From Acidimicrobiia bacterium (GTDB taxonomy: Bacteria; Actinomycetota; Acidimicrobiia; Spongiisociales; ZC4RG35), in contig DATDPP010000040.1 of the NCBI GenBank assembly GCA_035292685.1, forward strand, positions 1,398-65,397: a stretch of 64,000 bases of DNA, written 5' to 3'. Every line of letters begins with the position of its first letter. Position 1 is the stretch's first letter. The translations under genes were made by a program, and so were the position numbers. The notes under the pieces are model-generated. The model was not told the DNA's origin. It saw only the letters and a program-made list of their open reading frames with translations, and did not search any database. Shown piece by piece: positions 27,121-36,441 of the stretch.

Positions 27121-27155
27121 CTTACTCGCGGATTCGCGCGTAAGACGATTTTGTC
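27121..27155 (+). terminator. Candidate intrinsic terminator after the ATP-grasp gene
   Basis: Stem cttac-t-cgcg / cgcg-c-gtaag with loop gatt (27121-27144), followed by acgattttgtc. Confidence 0.45.
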
Positions 27156-27162
27156 ATTCTCG

Positions 27163-27792
27163 ATGGAGACGATTCTCATCTTTGCCGGCGGCGACAGACC
27201 GCGCCCCGATCTCTCCCAGGAACTGCCGGTCCCAGATCTGGTCGTGGCCGCCGACGGCGGTTACGAGATCGCTGTCGGCCTCGGCTATCGGGTGGATGTC
27301 GTGGTAGGTGACATGGACTCGATCACGACCACTCCCCTTCCCGACCATGTGGTCGTTGAGCGACATCCGGCCGACAAGGATCAGACCGACCTCGACCTCG
27401 CCTTCGAGTTGGCGATCAGGGAGGACCCGGCTCGGGTCGTCATCGTGGGGGGCACCGGTGGCCGGCATGACCACGAGATGGCCACCGCCGGCCTCATCGG
27501 CTCGACCCGCTGGGAGAACATCGAGGAAATCGATTGGGTTTCGAGCCGATCCCGCAGTCACGTGGTCAGGGGAAGGCGAATGGTCCACGGCGACGTCGGG
27601 GCGACAGTGACCTTGCTGCCGTTGGGGGGAGGCGTTGCGGGGATCACCACCAGAGGGCTGCAATGGGAGTTGAACGACGCCGATCTCGAGCCGGGGTCGA
27701 CACACGGTGTCAGCAATGTCATGCGGACACCGGTGGCCGAAATCTCGACGTCGTCCGGGTGCCTCCTGGTCGTCTTCCCGGGAGACGGCTGA
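27163..27792 (+). CDS. Thiamine diphosphokinase
   Basis: ILIFAGGD, VVAADGG, VVGDMDS, KDQTD motifs. ATG 27163 preferred over TTG 27151. Confidence 0.8.
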   Translation: METILIFAGGDRPRPDLSQELPVPDLVVAADGGYEIAVGLGYRVDVVVGDMDSITTTPLPDHVVVERHPADKDQTDLDLAFELAIREDPARVVIVGGTGGRHDHEMATAGLIGSTRWENIEEIDWVSSRSRSHVVRGRRMVHGDVGATVTLLPLGGGVAGITTRGLQWELNDADLEPGSTHGVSNVMRTPVAEISTSSGCLLVVFPGDG

Positions 27793-27799
27793 TCGACCA

Positions 27800-28777
27800 T
27801 CACCGGTGTTCAGGGTCGGGCACCGTGGAACCGCCGCCGAACTCGGCCGGCATCCTGGTTCCAGCCAGCCCGGCGATCAGGTTGTCGACGGCCAGCCGGG
27901 CCATCGCCCTCCGGGCATTGATCGACGCGCTCCCGATATGAGGGACGATCAGGCAGTTCTCCATCGTCAGCAGGGGATGCCCGGGCGGGAGTGGCTCGGG
28001 ATCGGTGACATCCAACGCGGCGCCGGCGATCAGACCCCTCTCCAGGGCGCCGACCAGGGCACCGGTGTCGACCAGACCTCCCCGTGCCACATTGATGAGG
28101 TAGGAGGTGTCCTTCATCGACTCCAGCTGGGGCGTGCCGATCAGATGGCGGGTTGAGGCGGTGAGTGGTGCCGCGAGCACCACCAGGTCAGCTTCGTGGA
28201 GAAGGTCATCCAAGGACAGGCGTCTGCCGTCGGGCAGGTCCTTTTCCGAAGGCGAGCTGTAGACGACGCTCATGGCGAAGCCGGCAGCGCGCCGCGCTAT
28301 GGCCTGACCGATTCGACCCATGCCGACGATCCCCAATGTCGAACCGTGGAGGTCGCCGCCCAGATTCGCCCATGGATCCCAGACGCCCCATCGATTCTCA
28401 CGAACAATCGCGGCCCCTTCGGGGAGCCTTCTCACCACTGCCGCCATCAGGGCAAAGGCGGTGTCGGCCACCGTCTCGGTGAGGACGTCGGGTGTGTGGC
28501 CGATGCGGACGCCCCGAGCCTGGCACGCCTCGAGATCCACATTGTCGAGCCCAACTGCCATCTGGGAGATCACACGCAGCTTCGGAGCGATGTCGAGAAG
28601 CTCGGCGTCGATCGTGTCCACGAGCATCGAGAGCAGGCCCTCGCATCCCCTGACATGTTCGAGCAGAACCTTCCTGGGTGCAGGGCCTCCACCATCCCAC
28701 ATCCCAACCGCCGCCACCGACATAAGTGGGTCGACGATGTCGGCGGGGATGAAGGCGGATACATACACACTTTTCAT
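27800..28777 (-). CDS. D-isomer-specific 2-hydroxyacid dehydrogenase (glyoxylate/hydroxypyruvate reductase-like)
   Basis: Trimmed to ATG 28777 (MKSVYV). NAD fold GIVGMGRIGQAIA, plus INVARG and PHIGSA. Confidence 0.85.
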   Translation of the reverse strand: MKSVYVSAFIPADIVDPLMSVAAVGMWDGGGPAPRKVLLEHVRGCEGLLSMLVDTIDAELLDIAPKLRVISQMAVGLDNVDLEACQARGVRIGHTPDVLTETVADTAFALMAAVVRRLPEGAAIVRENRWGVWDPWANLGGDLHGSTLGIVGMGRIGQAIARRAAGFAMSVVYSSPSEKDLPDGRRLSLDDLLHEADLVVLAAPLTASTRHLIGTPQLESMKDTSYLINVARGGLVDTGALVGALERGLIAGAALDVTDPEPLPPGHPLLTMENCLIVPHIGSASINARRAMARLAVDNLIAGLAGTRMPAEFGGGSTVPDPEHR

Positions 28778-28862
28778 CGGCCGCGAGGCTAGATCGACCG
28801 CTCTCGGACTCCCCAGCCAGATGGAGCCAAAAGTCCGGTTCGAATCGACCGATACCATTCCG

Positions 28863-29690
28863 ATGATGCGTCGGGCTCCACTCGCACTGTTTCTCGCCCT
28901 GTTCGTCGTGGGATGTGGCATCCCAGCCGAGGTAGCAGAGGTGGTCGAGCCCGTGGTAGCCGCTTCCACCACCACCATGGCCCCCACCCCGGTGGCACCG
29001 TCGACCAAGGTGGAGCCTGCGACCCCCGCGGCGCCGGCGGAGTCGGCTCAGCCCGCCTTCGAGGGTCTGAGCACCGCCACGATGCCCGCCAACAACACCC
29101 TGGTGGCAATGACCGTCGGCGACACCCGGATCTACGAGACAAGACAGTCGGAACAACCCATGTTCACGATGCCTCACACCACGATCCTGGGGACGGTGAC
29201 CGTGTTCGAGGTGGTCGAAGGGCCGGCTGACGGGTGGGCACGGGTGAAACTGCCGATCCGCCCCAACGGAAGCGAGGGATGGGTCAATGCCCAAGACCTG
29301 ATGCTGTACGTCGTCGACGACCGGTTCGTGATCGACCTCTCCGAACGCACCCTCACCTACTACCAAGGCGGGAAAGAGATCCTGACCACCCCGGTTGCAG
29401 TCGGCAGCAAGCGCAATCCCACTCCGGTGGGTGAGTTCTTCGTCACCGACAATGTCACCCTTGCCAACCCGGACAGCCCATGGGGCCCCCACGCCTTCGG
29501 CCTCTCCGCACGATCCGAGACGATCACCGAGTACAACGGCGGGGACGGGATCATCGGGATTCATGGCACCAACCGGCCGGGATCGATCGGGAACGCAGCC
29601 TCACTCGGTTGTGTCCGCCTCCCAAACGAGGTGATCACCAGGCTCCACGAGATGGTGCCGATCGGGACCCCCGTGCAGATAACGGCCTGA
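28863..29690 (+). CDS. L,D-transpeptidase (YkuD) lipoprotein with SH3-like domain
   Basis: Signal plus lipobox VVGC. Catalytic HGTN...SLGCVRL. Start ATG 28863, or 28866 (TACCAT lies 7 nt before 28866). Confidence 0.8.
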   Translation: MMRRAPLALFLALFVVGCGIPAEVAEVVEPVVAASTTTMAPTPVAPSTKVEPATPAAPAESAQPAFEGLSTATMPANNTLVAMTVGDTRIYETRQSEQPMFTMPHTTILGTVTVFEVVEGPADGWARVKLPIRPNGSEGWVNAQDLMLYVVDDRFVIDLSERTLTYYQGGKEILTTPVAVGSKRNPTPVGEFFVTDNVTLANPDSPWGPHAFGLSARSETITEYNGGDGIIGIHGTNRPGSIGNAASLGCVRLPNEVITRLHEMVPIGTPVQITA

Positions 29691-29701
29691 AACCAGGCCG
29701 T

Positions 29702-30559
29702 TCACTGTCTCCGGGTGACCATCCCGTTCGAGATGACGGGTGTCCCCCGCTCCATTGACTCCGCCGCGACCAGAAGCCGGTCTCCCTCGTCCCAAATCGA
29801 GGTCCTGATGGTCTCCCCGGGAAAGAGCACGCCGGAGAACCGGGCCCGATAGGAGGCCAGCGCCTCAGGCCCGTCGAGGGCATGATCCACCACCGCCTTG
29901 CCAACCACCCCGAAAGTGCACAGGCCGTGGAGGATCGGGCGATCGAAGCCGGCGAAGGCCGCGAACCCGGGGTGGACGTGGAGCGGGTTCTTGTCCCCGC
30001 TGGAGATCCGGTACAACAACGCCTGCTGGGGCAGGGTTGGAGACTCGACTACCAGATCCGGTTCCCGCTCGGGCGCTTCGTGGCTCGTTGGCGGGCCACT
30101 GTCGCCCCCAAAGCCACCCTCGCCACGCAAATAGAACGACGGGCGATTGGTGAACAGCAACTCGCCTGTGGCCTCCAGCCTCGACTCGATCTCCAGGACG
30201 ACCAGGGCACCCCGCCCCTTGTCGTAGACGCCGGTGACCCTTCCCTCCTGGATCACCGTCCCCGAGGTCGGGATCGGGCGATGGATCTCCAACTCCTGCT
30301 CGCCGTGGAGGACGGATGCCAGGTCGAACTCGAGACCGTCGACGGCCCCCAGGCTCATCATCACCCCGAACGGCGGGATGGTCCCGTAGGTGGGTATGAC
30401 CTGAAGCTCCCCCTCGTAGGTGTAGCGAAGCTCACCGGGGTCGGTGGGCGGAACCCCCGCTCCTATGCCCAGGTGATAGAGAATGATGTCGTCATCGGTC
30501 CAGCTGTAGGTGGAGCCGGACAGAGGCGCTTCCCGGGCCTTGTCGAAGTCGATGGGCAT
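29702..30559 (-). CDS. MaoC-like (R)-specific enoyl-CoA hydratase, double hot-dog
   Basis: 285 aa. Start abuts the SDR stop (cat/tca at 30557-30562). Confidence 0.75.
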   Translation of the reverse strand: MPIDFDKAREAPLSGSTYSWTDDDIILYHLGIGAGVPPTDPGELRYTYEGELQVIPTYGTIPPFGVMMSLGAVDGLEFDLASVLHGEQELEIHRPIPTSGTVIQEGRVTGVYDKGRGALVVLEIESRLEATGELLFTNRPSFYLRGEGGFGGDSGPPTSHEAPEREPDLVVESPTLPQQALLYRISSGDKNPLHVHPGFAAFAGFDRPILHGLCTFGVVGKAVVDHALDGPEALASYRARFSGVLFPGETIRTSIWDEGDRLLVAAESMERGTPVISNGMVTRRQ

Positions 30560-31462
30560 TCAGCCGGCGAGCATCCGGGCGAGAAGCATGATCTCCTCGT
30601 TGTTGCTGAGGGGCACCTCGAACTCTGCGATGTCACGAACTTCATCGAGGTGTGCCGAGACCTGCTCGACCTCGGGGACCACACCCTGGCCGGCCAACCA
30701 TCCCCGGTTGGTCCCGATGAAGATCCGGCCGTACCTCCCGCCACCCACCGTGAAGATCTCGTGGGTGTACTCGTTGGCTTCGGAGCACAGGTACACCACC
30801 ATCGGCATCACCTGTTTGGGGTCGACCATGTCGGCGAACGGCCCGAGCAGATCCTCGGTCATCCTGGTCCTTGCTATCGGGGCCACGGCATTGGACTTCA
30901 CGTTGTATTTGGCGCCTTCGATGGCGAGAACATTCGACAGGCCCATGATCCCTGCCTTGGCCGCGCCGTAATTCGCCTGGCCGAAGTTGCCGAAGAGCCC
31001 GGAAGCCGACGTGGTGTGGACGAACCGGCCATAGCCGTTCTCCTTCATCACCACGAACGCCGGTTGCGACACATGAAAGGCACCACCAAGGTGGACGTCG
31101 ATGACGGCATCGATCTCGTCGAAAGTCATGTTGGCGAAGGAGTGATCGCGCAGGATCCCGGCGTTGTTGATCACGATGTCCACCGTGCCGAAGCTGTCCA
31201 ACGCGCATTGCACGATGGCGGCGCCCCCCTCACGGGTGGCCACCGAGTCATAGTTGGCCACCGCCTCGCCTCCTCGGTCTTTGATCGCATCGACCACCAC
31301 GTCGGCGGCAGTCGTGGAGGCGCCGGTGCCGTCGACCGCGCCTCCCAGATCGTTCACCACGACCCGCGCCCCGCGCCGGCCCAGTTCCAGGGCGTACTCC
31401 CTGCCCAGCCCTCCGCCGGCGCCGGTCACCACGGCGACCCGGCCATCGAAGGTGATCGCCAT
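30560..31462 (-). CDS. Short-chain dehydrogenase/reductase (MFE-2-type 3-hydroxyacyl-CoA dehydrogenase-like)
   Basis: Trimmed to ATG 31462 (MAITFDGRVAVVTGAGGGLG). Y-x3-K as NYGAAKAG. Confidence 0.8.
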   Translation of the reverse strand: MAITFDGRVAVVTGAGGGLGREYALELGRRGARVVVNDLGGAVDGTGASTTAADVVVDAIKDRGGEAVANYDSVATREGGAAIVQCALDSFGTVDIVINNAGILRDHSFANMTFDEIDAVIDVHLGGAFHVSQPAFVVMKENGYGRFVHTTSASGLFGNFGQANYGAAKAGIMGLSNVLAIEGAKYNVKSNAVAPIARTRMTEDLLGPFADMVDPKQVMPMVVYLCSEANEYTHEIFTVGGGRYGRIFIGTNRGWLAGQGVVPEVEQVSAHLDEVRDIAEFEVPLSNNEEIMLLARMLAG

Positions 31463-31464
31463 GC

Positions 31465-33309
31465 TCAGACGCCGGTGTACAGGGCGTCGATCTCGCTGTC
31501 GTACTTTTCGAGGACCACCCTCCGCTTGAGCTTCAGTGAGGGAGTCACCTCTCCCGAGTCTGGAGTCCACTCATCGGGAACCACGATCCATTTCTTGATC
31601 TGCTCGACACTGGAGACTTTCTCGTTGGCCTCACTTACCGCCTTCTCCACCTCGGCGAGAACCTCGGCAAGCTGTGAGAAGGTGGAGAGGTCCCGATACT
31701 CGAGCCCGTGGGCCTCCGCCCAGGCGGGGGCCTCCTCGTGGTCGAGGGCGATCACCACGCTGAGGAACTTGCGGTTGTCACCGATGATGCATGCCTTGGA
31801 GATGAGCGGGTGATTGCCCAGGGCCGTTTCCAGCTTGGCGGGAGCGATGTTCTTCCCGGCCGCGGTGATGATGATTTCCTTCTTGCGCCCGACGATCCAG
31901 AGATAGCCGTCGTCGTCGATTTGTCCCAGGTCCCCCGAATGCAGCCAGCCTCCGGAGTCGAAGGACTCTTCGGTGGCCTCAGGGAGCTTGTAGTAGCCCT
32001 GGGTGATCACCCCGCCCCGCATCAGGACTTCGCCGTCCGGGGCGAGGACCACCTCGACCCCGGGAAGGGCCCGGCCCACGGAGCCGGTCTTGTTGGCTCC
32101 GGGGAGGTTGGTGGTGCCCGGGCCGGTGGTCTCTGACATCCCGTACAGCTCGAACAAGGGGATCCCGATGGTATGGAAGAAGGTGATCAACTCCGGGTTG
32201 ATCGGAGCCGCGGCGGTGATAGCCAGCTCCACCGCATCCATCCCCAGCCCCTCGCGGACCTTGGAGAGAACTACCGAGTCGAGTGCCCCGGCGAGCATCG
32301 GTCCCGACTTGCCCTCGGCCTCGGCCTCGACCCGTTTCCGATTGGAGGCCAGAGCGCGATCGATCAGCGTCTTCTTGACACCATGTTCTCCCTCGAAGCG
32401 GGCACTCAGGCGGGCATGAAACTTCTCGTAGACACGGGGCACGCCAAAGAAGATGGTGGGGCGGGCCTCTTGGATGTATTCGAGGACTCCGGCCATGTTC
32501 GAGCAGAACCAGACCTGCCCGGCCATGTAGGTGCACAGGTAGTGCGTGGCCAGACGCTCGGCGATGTGAGCCAGCGGGAGATAGGAAACCATGCGAGGCC
32601 CCATGTCGATGTTGGCCGCCCGCCGCAAGCACTCCGCGGTCCAAACAACGTTGCGGTGGCTGATCATGACGCCCTTGGGAGTCCCGGTGGTTCCTGAGGT
32701 GTAGATGAGGGTTGCCAGCGAGTCCGGTGTCATCCGATCGGCCGCCCGATTCACCGACTCGGGGTCCTCCATCAGCCGCTGCTTGCCCCGTGCGATCAAC
32801 TCGTCCCAGCCCAAGACCCAATCGGCTGTGTCGTAGTTCTCGGCCCCCGACATCAAGACCACGTAGCGGAGATTGGGGAGCTCTGATCGGATCTCTTCCC
32901 ACCGCTTCATGAAATCGAGGTCTTCGAGAATGGCAACCGTGGCCTGGCAGTTCTCGGCGATGTATTGGATCTGGTTGGCGACCAACGTGGAGTAGATGGT
33001 CACGCCGGTGGCCCCGGTGTGAATCGCCGCGTAATCGGCGATCACATGCTCGGGCCGGTTCCCGGCCATGATGGCCACGAACTGGCCGTCCCCGACCCCC
33101 AGGGATTGAAGACCGGCTGCCGCATCGTGAACCGCCCTCCGGTATCCCTTCCAGGTCAGGTGCTTCCACTCACCGTCCTCTTTCCAGTGGATGGCTGGCT
33201 GGTCTCCATACCGCTCGGCGTTGCGGTCGAAGTAGTCGATAATGGTCTTGCCCTCGACCTCGGCATCGATCGCCGCTCGCTCATCCAGGACAGCTTCCTG
33301 CGTCATCAC
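31465..33309 (-). CDS. fadD: Long-chain fatty-acid-CoA ligase
   Basis: 614 aa. AMP-binding motif YTSGTTGTPKG. GGAGGA SD upstream. Confidence 0.85.
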   Translation of the reverse strand: MMTQEAVLDERAAIDAEVEGKTIIDYFDRNAERYGDQPAIHWKEDGEWKHLTWKGYRRAVHDAAAGLQSLGVGDGQFVAIMAGNRPEHVIADYAAIHTGATGVTIYSTLVANQIQYIAENCQATVAILEDLDFMKRWEEIRSELPNLRYVVLMSGAENYDTADWVLGWDELIARGKQRLMEDPESVNRAADRMTPDSLATLIYTSGTTGTPKGVMISHRNVVWTAECLRRAANIDMGPRMVSYLPLAHIAERLATHYLCTYMAGQVWFCSNMAGVLEYIQEARPTIFFGVPRVYEKFHARLSARFEGEHGVKKTLIDRALASNRKRVEAEAEGKSGPMLAGALDSVVLSKVREGLGMDAVELAITAAAPINPELITFFHTIGIPLFELYGMSETTGPGTTNLPGANKTGSVGRALPGVEVVLAPDGEVLMRGGVITQGYYKLPEATEESFDSGGWLHSGDLGQIDDDGYLWIVGRKKEIIITAAGKNIAPAKLETALGNHPLISKACIIGDNRKFLSVVIALDHEEAPAWAEAHGLEYRDLSTFSQLAEVLAEVEKAVSEANEKVSSVEQIKKWIVVPDEWTPDSGEVTPSLKLKRRVVLEKYDSEIDALYTGV

Positions 33310-33398
33310 TCCTCCGGGTCGGGAAATGGCTTCGACTTGCGGAGCATACCGATATGTTGGCGTCTACTCCGGGTCGCCCGCGACCTCAGACCACCTGG

Positions 33399-35132
33399 TC
33401 ACTCTTCGGAAACGATGACCTCGTAGCTCTCGATGAGCTGAGGGACGTAGGTGTAGTCCGGCGCCACTGTGAAGGCGCCCTCCAACACCGCGGTGGTTAT
33501 CAGATCGACGACAAAGAGGCTCTCGTCGAGGAGGAGTGAGTTCAAGGATTCCGGTTCCTGGTCGGCCCCGAAGATGACCTCCTCCTTGCCCGACCAGGTT
33601 GCAATGTTCCAGAACGGCCCGGTCCGCGTGGGGTTGTCCTGGGGACCCGTGATCAGCTCGTTCCAGGCGAAGAAGGTCGGCTTCTGATAGAGCGGAATCG
33701 ATGCCACGTCGTCGAGATAGATGGAGTCCGCCTGGTTGTACAAACCGGCGCGCACCTCCTCATCCGTCTCCGATTCGGCCTGGCGCACCAGGGACTCGAC
33801 CTCGTCGTTGCAGTACCGATTGACGTTGAGATCTCCGAAGCCGCTGGGCGCTGCCCCCTCGCAGTAGTACACGGTGTTGCGCCCGGACGGCTCAGGTGCG
33901 CCGACCCAGGCGAAGTTGAGAATCTGCCACACCGAGGAGTCGCCATAGATGAACTCGTTGGCGAAGACACGAGTTGCCGGTCCGAAGTCCGCCGTCACCT
34001 CGATCCCTACCACGGCCAGGCTGGCCTGTGCCAGGTCGAACAGGGCTTCCCGACCCTCTATACCGGCGGTGGTGGCCCAACGGAACGAAAGACGCTGTCC
34101 CTGGCACACATAGATCCCATCCTCGCCCCGCAGGCACCCATTGTCGATCAGGAGTTGCTCGGCCGAAGCCGCGTCAAAGGAGAACCGGGAGAAATGATCC
34201 TCGTAATACGGGGTCTCCACCATCCACACCGTGTTGCCGAGCGGAACCGCGTCGGCGGTCATCGGGCGCACGACCTGGTTCATGACCGCCTCGCGATCGA
34301 TTGCCATGGCGATGGTCTCGCGGATGAACTCTTGGGAGAGCAGCGGATCATCGTGGTTGAAATCGATCTGCTCCCAGATCCTGCCCATACCCGACTCTGA
34401 GGTGACCCCGCTCATGGAGGTCACCTCCTCGACCAGTGAGATCTGGGGCTCGGGGTAGAACATGTCGATTTCCTCGTTGCGAAGCGCCCGCACCTGGGCC
34501 TCGGTGCCGGCCAGGAAGTCGATGTCCACGGTCTGCACGTCCCCAAGGGCAGCCCCGGAGGCACGGTCGCGAGACGCCCAGTAGTTGGGGTTGCGGGTGA
34601 GGACGATTCGCTCGTCAGAAATCCATTCACTAAAGGCGAAGGGCCCCGAGCCGAGGGTGATCCCCTCATCCCACACCGAGTCGAAGTCCTTGCCTTCCAG
34701 CTCATGTGCCGGGAGGACGACCTGGAACAGGTTCTTCCAGGGTGCGTAGACCTCTCCGAAGATGGCAAGGAACGTCTTGTCGTCGACGATCTCGTAGCCG
34801 GTGATCAGGCCGTAGCCGGCGCGGGTGGTGGATGGAATCTCCAAGACGGTGTCGGTGATCGTCTCCAAAGTGAACTCGAAGTCTGTCGAGGTGACCGGGG
34901 TCCCATCCGCCCAGGCCGCATCCGGATGTATGTGGTACCTGACACAAAACGCATCCGGGCATTCGGGAGGCTGGGTGGTCACGGTCCCGGGAACGTCGGT
35001 TGTGGTCGGTTGTTCACTCACCGTCGTGGTGGATTCGGCCACCGCGTCACAAGCCACGAGGACCATCGCGAACACGATGAGAAGACTGGCCCATCGAACG
35101 ATGGGCCGCGGGCGGGCAGCTCGCACCGGCAT
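33399..35132 (-). CDS. ABC transporter substrate-binding lipoprotein, family 5 (peptide/nickel type)
   Basis: 577 aa, signal plus lipobox LVAC. GGAGGA abuts ATG 35132, so GTG 35126 may be the true start. Confidence 0.75.
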   Translation of the reverse strand: MPVRAARPRPIVRWASLLIVFAMVLVACDAVAESTTTVSEQPTTTDVPGTVTTQPPECPDAFCVRYHIHPDAAWADGTPVTSTDFEFTLETITDTVLEIPSTTRAGYGLITGYEIVDDKTFLAIFGEVYAPWKNLFQVVLPAHELEGKDFDSVWDEGITLGSGPFAFSEWISDERIVLTRNPNYWASRDRASGAALGDVQTVDIDFLAGTEAQVRALRNEEIDMFYPEPQISLVEEVTSMSGVTSESGMGRIWEQIDFNHDDPLLSQEFIRETIAMAIDREAVMNQVVRPMTADAVPLGNTVWMVETPYYEDHFSRFSFDAASAEQLLIDNGCLRGEDGIYVCQGQRLSFRWATTAGIEGREALFDLAQASLAVVGIEVTADFGPATRVFANEFIYGDSSVWQILNFAWVGAPEPSGRNTVYYCEGAAPSGFGDLNVNRYCNDEVESLVRQAESETDEEVRAGLYNQADSIYLDDVASIPLYQKPTFFAWNELITGPQDNPTRTGPFWNIATWSGKEEVIFGADQEPESLNSLLLDESLFVVDLITTAVLEGAFTVAPDYTYVPQLIESYEVIVSEE

Positions 35133-35232
35133 TCCTCCATATGGCTCGATCGACGCTTCCGGCCTGGCGCTCAGTCGAGGAGGTTCGCGTGTCGCACGAA
35201 TGACCCTCGGGAATGAGTCCTGGTCCGGCTAA

Positions 35233-35258
35233 AGGTAAAACAGGTCTGAGGTAAGACC
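35233..35258 (-). terminator. Weak candidate terminator after the AI-2E transporter gene
   Basis: On the minus strand: ggtct-tacctc-agacc followed by tgttttacc. Only a 5-bp stem. Confidence 0.3.
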
Positions 35259-35279
35259 AAGGATCGACCTGGCACCGGG

Positions 35280-36371
35280 TCAGTCTTCGTCCACCGGTTC
35301 CGGCACCTCCGGGATCACTTCGTGGCGATATGCCGACGACTCCGAGATCAGGGCCTGGATGATCCCGGCCATCGGCAAGGCCAGGAGGATCCCGATTCCC
35401 CCCATTAGCGCAGCGCCGATCAGGATGGCCGCGATCGAGACCGCGGGGTGGATCTCCATCGTCCGTTTCGTGATCCGGGGTGATATCAGGTAGTTCTCCA
35501 GTTGCTGATAGGCGACGAAGAAGAGGATCACCCACAAGGCGTTGGTAGGCCCATTGGCGGAGAGGGCCACGATCGCGGGGAGGACCGCGGCCAGATAGGT
35601 GCCGATGATGGGTATGAACTGACTGAGCACTCCAACCCAGATCCCCAGCGAGAGCGCAAACGGCACCCCGAGAAGTGTGAGCACCAGAGTGGAGATGAAG
35701 GCACTCAGAATCGCCAGGATCAGACGGGAGTAGATGTAACCCCCCATCTTCTCCACTGCGATATCCCAGACGTGCAACGCATCTCGCTGTTGGTCTGGCG
35801 GCATAAAGGAGAGGACGGTGTGCTGGAGCTTGGGCAATTCGGCGACCATGTAGAACGAGAAAATGGCCACCGTCGAAATGAAGAAGAGGAAGCTGAACAA
35901 GCCGGTGGTGAGCCCGATCACCCCGCCAACCAGCGTCCCACCAGCCGCGTTTATCAGACTTGCCAGATTCTGACCCTCCTGTTGAACCTCCAGGTCCGAC
36001 AGTTGGAGACCGAAAGTGTCCTCGAAAAATCGGGCCAGCGCCGCCACGTAGCCGGGGACGGCTTCGATCAACTGATTGATCTGCTGCACGAACAGGGGTA
36101 CCAGTGCGATCAGAAAGACGACCACCAGGGCAAAGGCGGCCAAAAAGACGACTCCGGTGGCGGCCCCCCGTCTCCAGCCCCGTTTTGCGAGGTAGTGAAC
36201 CGGAGGCTCGATGGCCACCGCCAAGAACAACGAGACGAACACCATGAACAAGATGTTGCTGAGCCGAAGGACCAGCCAAAGGGCCAAAGCCGTGGCGAGC
36301 AGCACCCCGGCTACCACGAGTGTCCTTCGCCGGAAGGTCTGGTTGTCTGCCCGCTCGTGTCGCAAGGCCAT
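35280..36371 (-). CDS. AI-2E family transporter (PerM/UPF0118)
   Basis: 363 aa polytopic protein with typical AI-2E topology and an acidic C-terminus. Confidence 0.75.
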   Translation of the reverse strand: MALRHERADNQTFRRRTLVVAGVLLATALALWLVLRLSNILFMVFVSLFLAVAIEPPVHYLAKRGWRRGAATGVVFLAAFALVVVFLIALVPLFVQQINQLIEAVPGYVAALARFFEDTFGLQLSDLEVQQEGQNLASLINAAGGTLVGGVIGLTTGLFSFLFFISTVAIFSFYMVAELPKLQHTVLSFMPPDQQRDALHVWDIAVEKMGGYIYSRLILAILSAFISTLVLTLLGVPFALSLGIWVGVLSQFIPIIGTYLAAVLPAIVALSANGPTNALWVILFFVAYQQLENYLISPRITKRTMEIHPAVSIAAILIGAALMGGIGILLALPMAGIIQALISESSAYRHEVIPEVPEPVDED

Positions 36372-36441
36372 CAGCGAGGCAGCGTACGCGGCCGCGAACC
36401 CCGACGACGGCTTCTAGCCTCCGTCCGCCGGGCAAAGGAGG

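Noticed and set aside
29882-31813. 643-aa ORF on the plus strand
   Set aside because: Antisense shadow of the MaoC, SDR and FadD genes, with the same compositional artefact.
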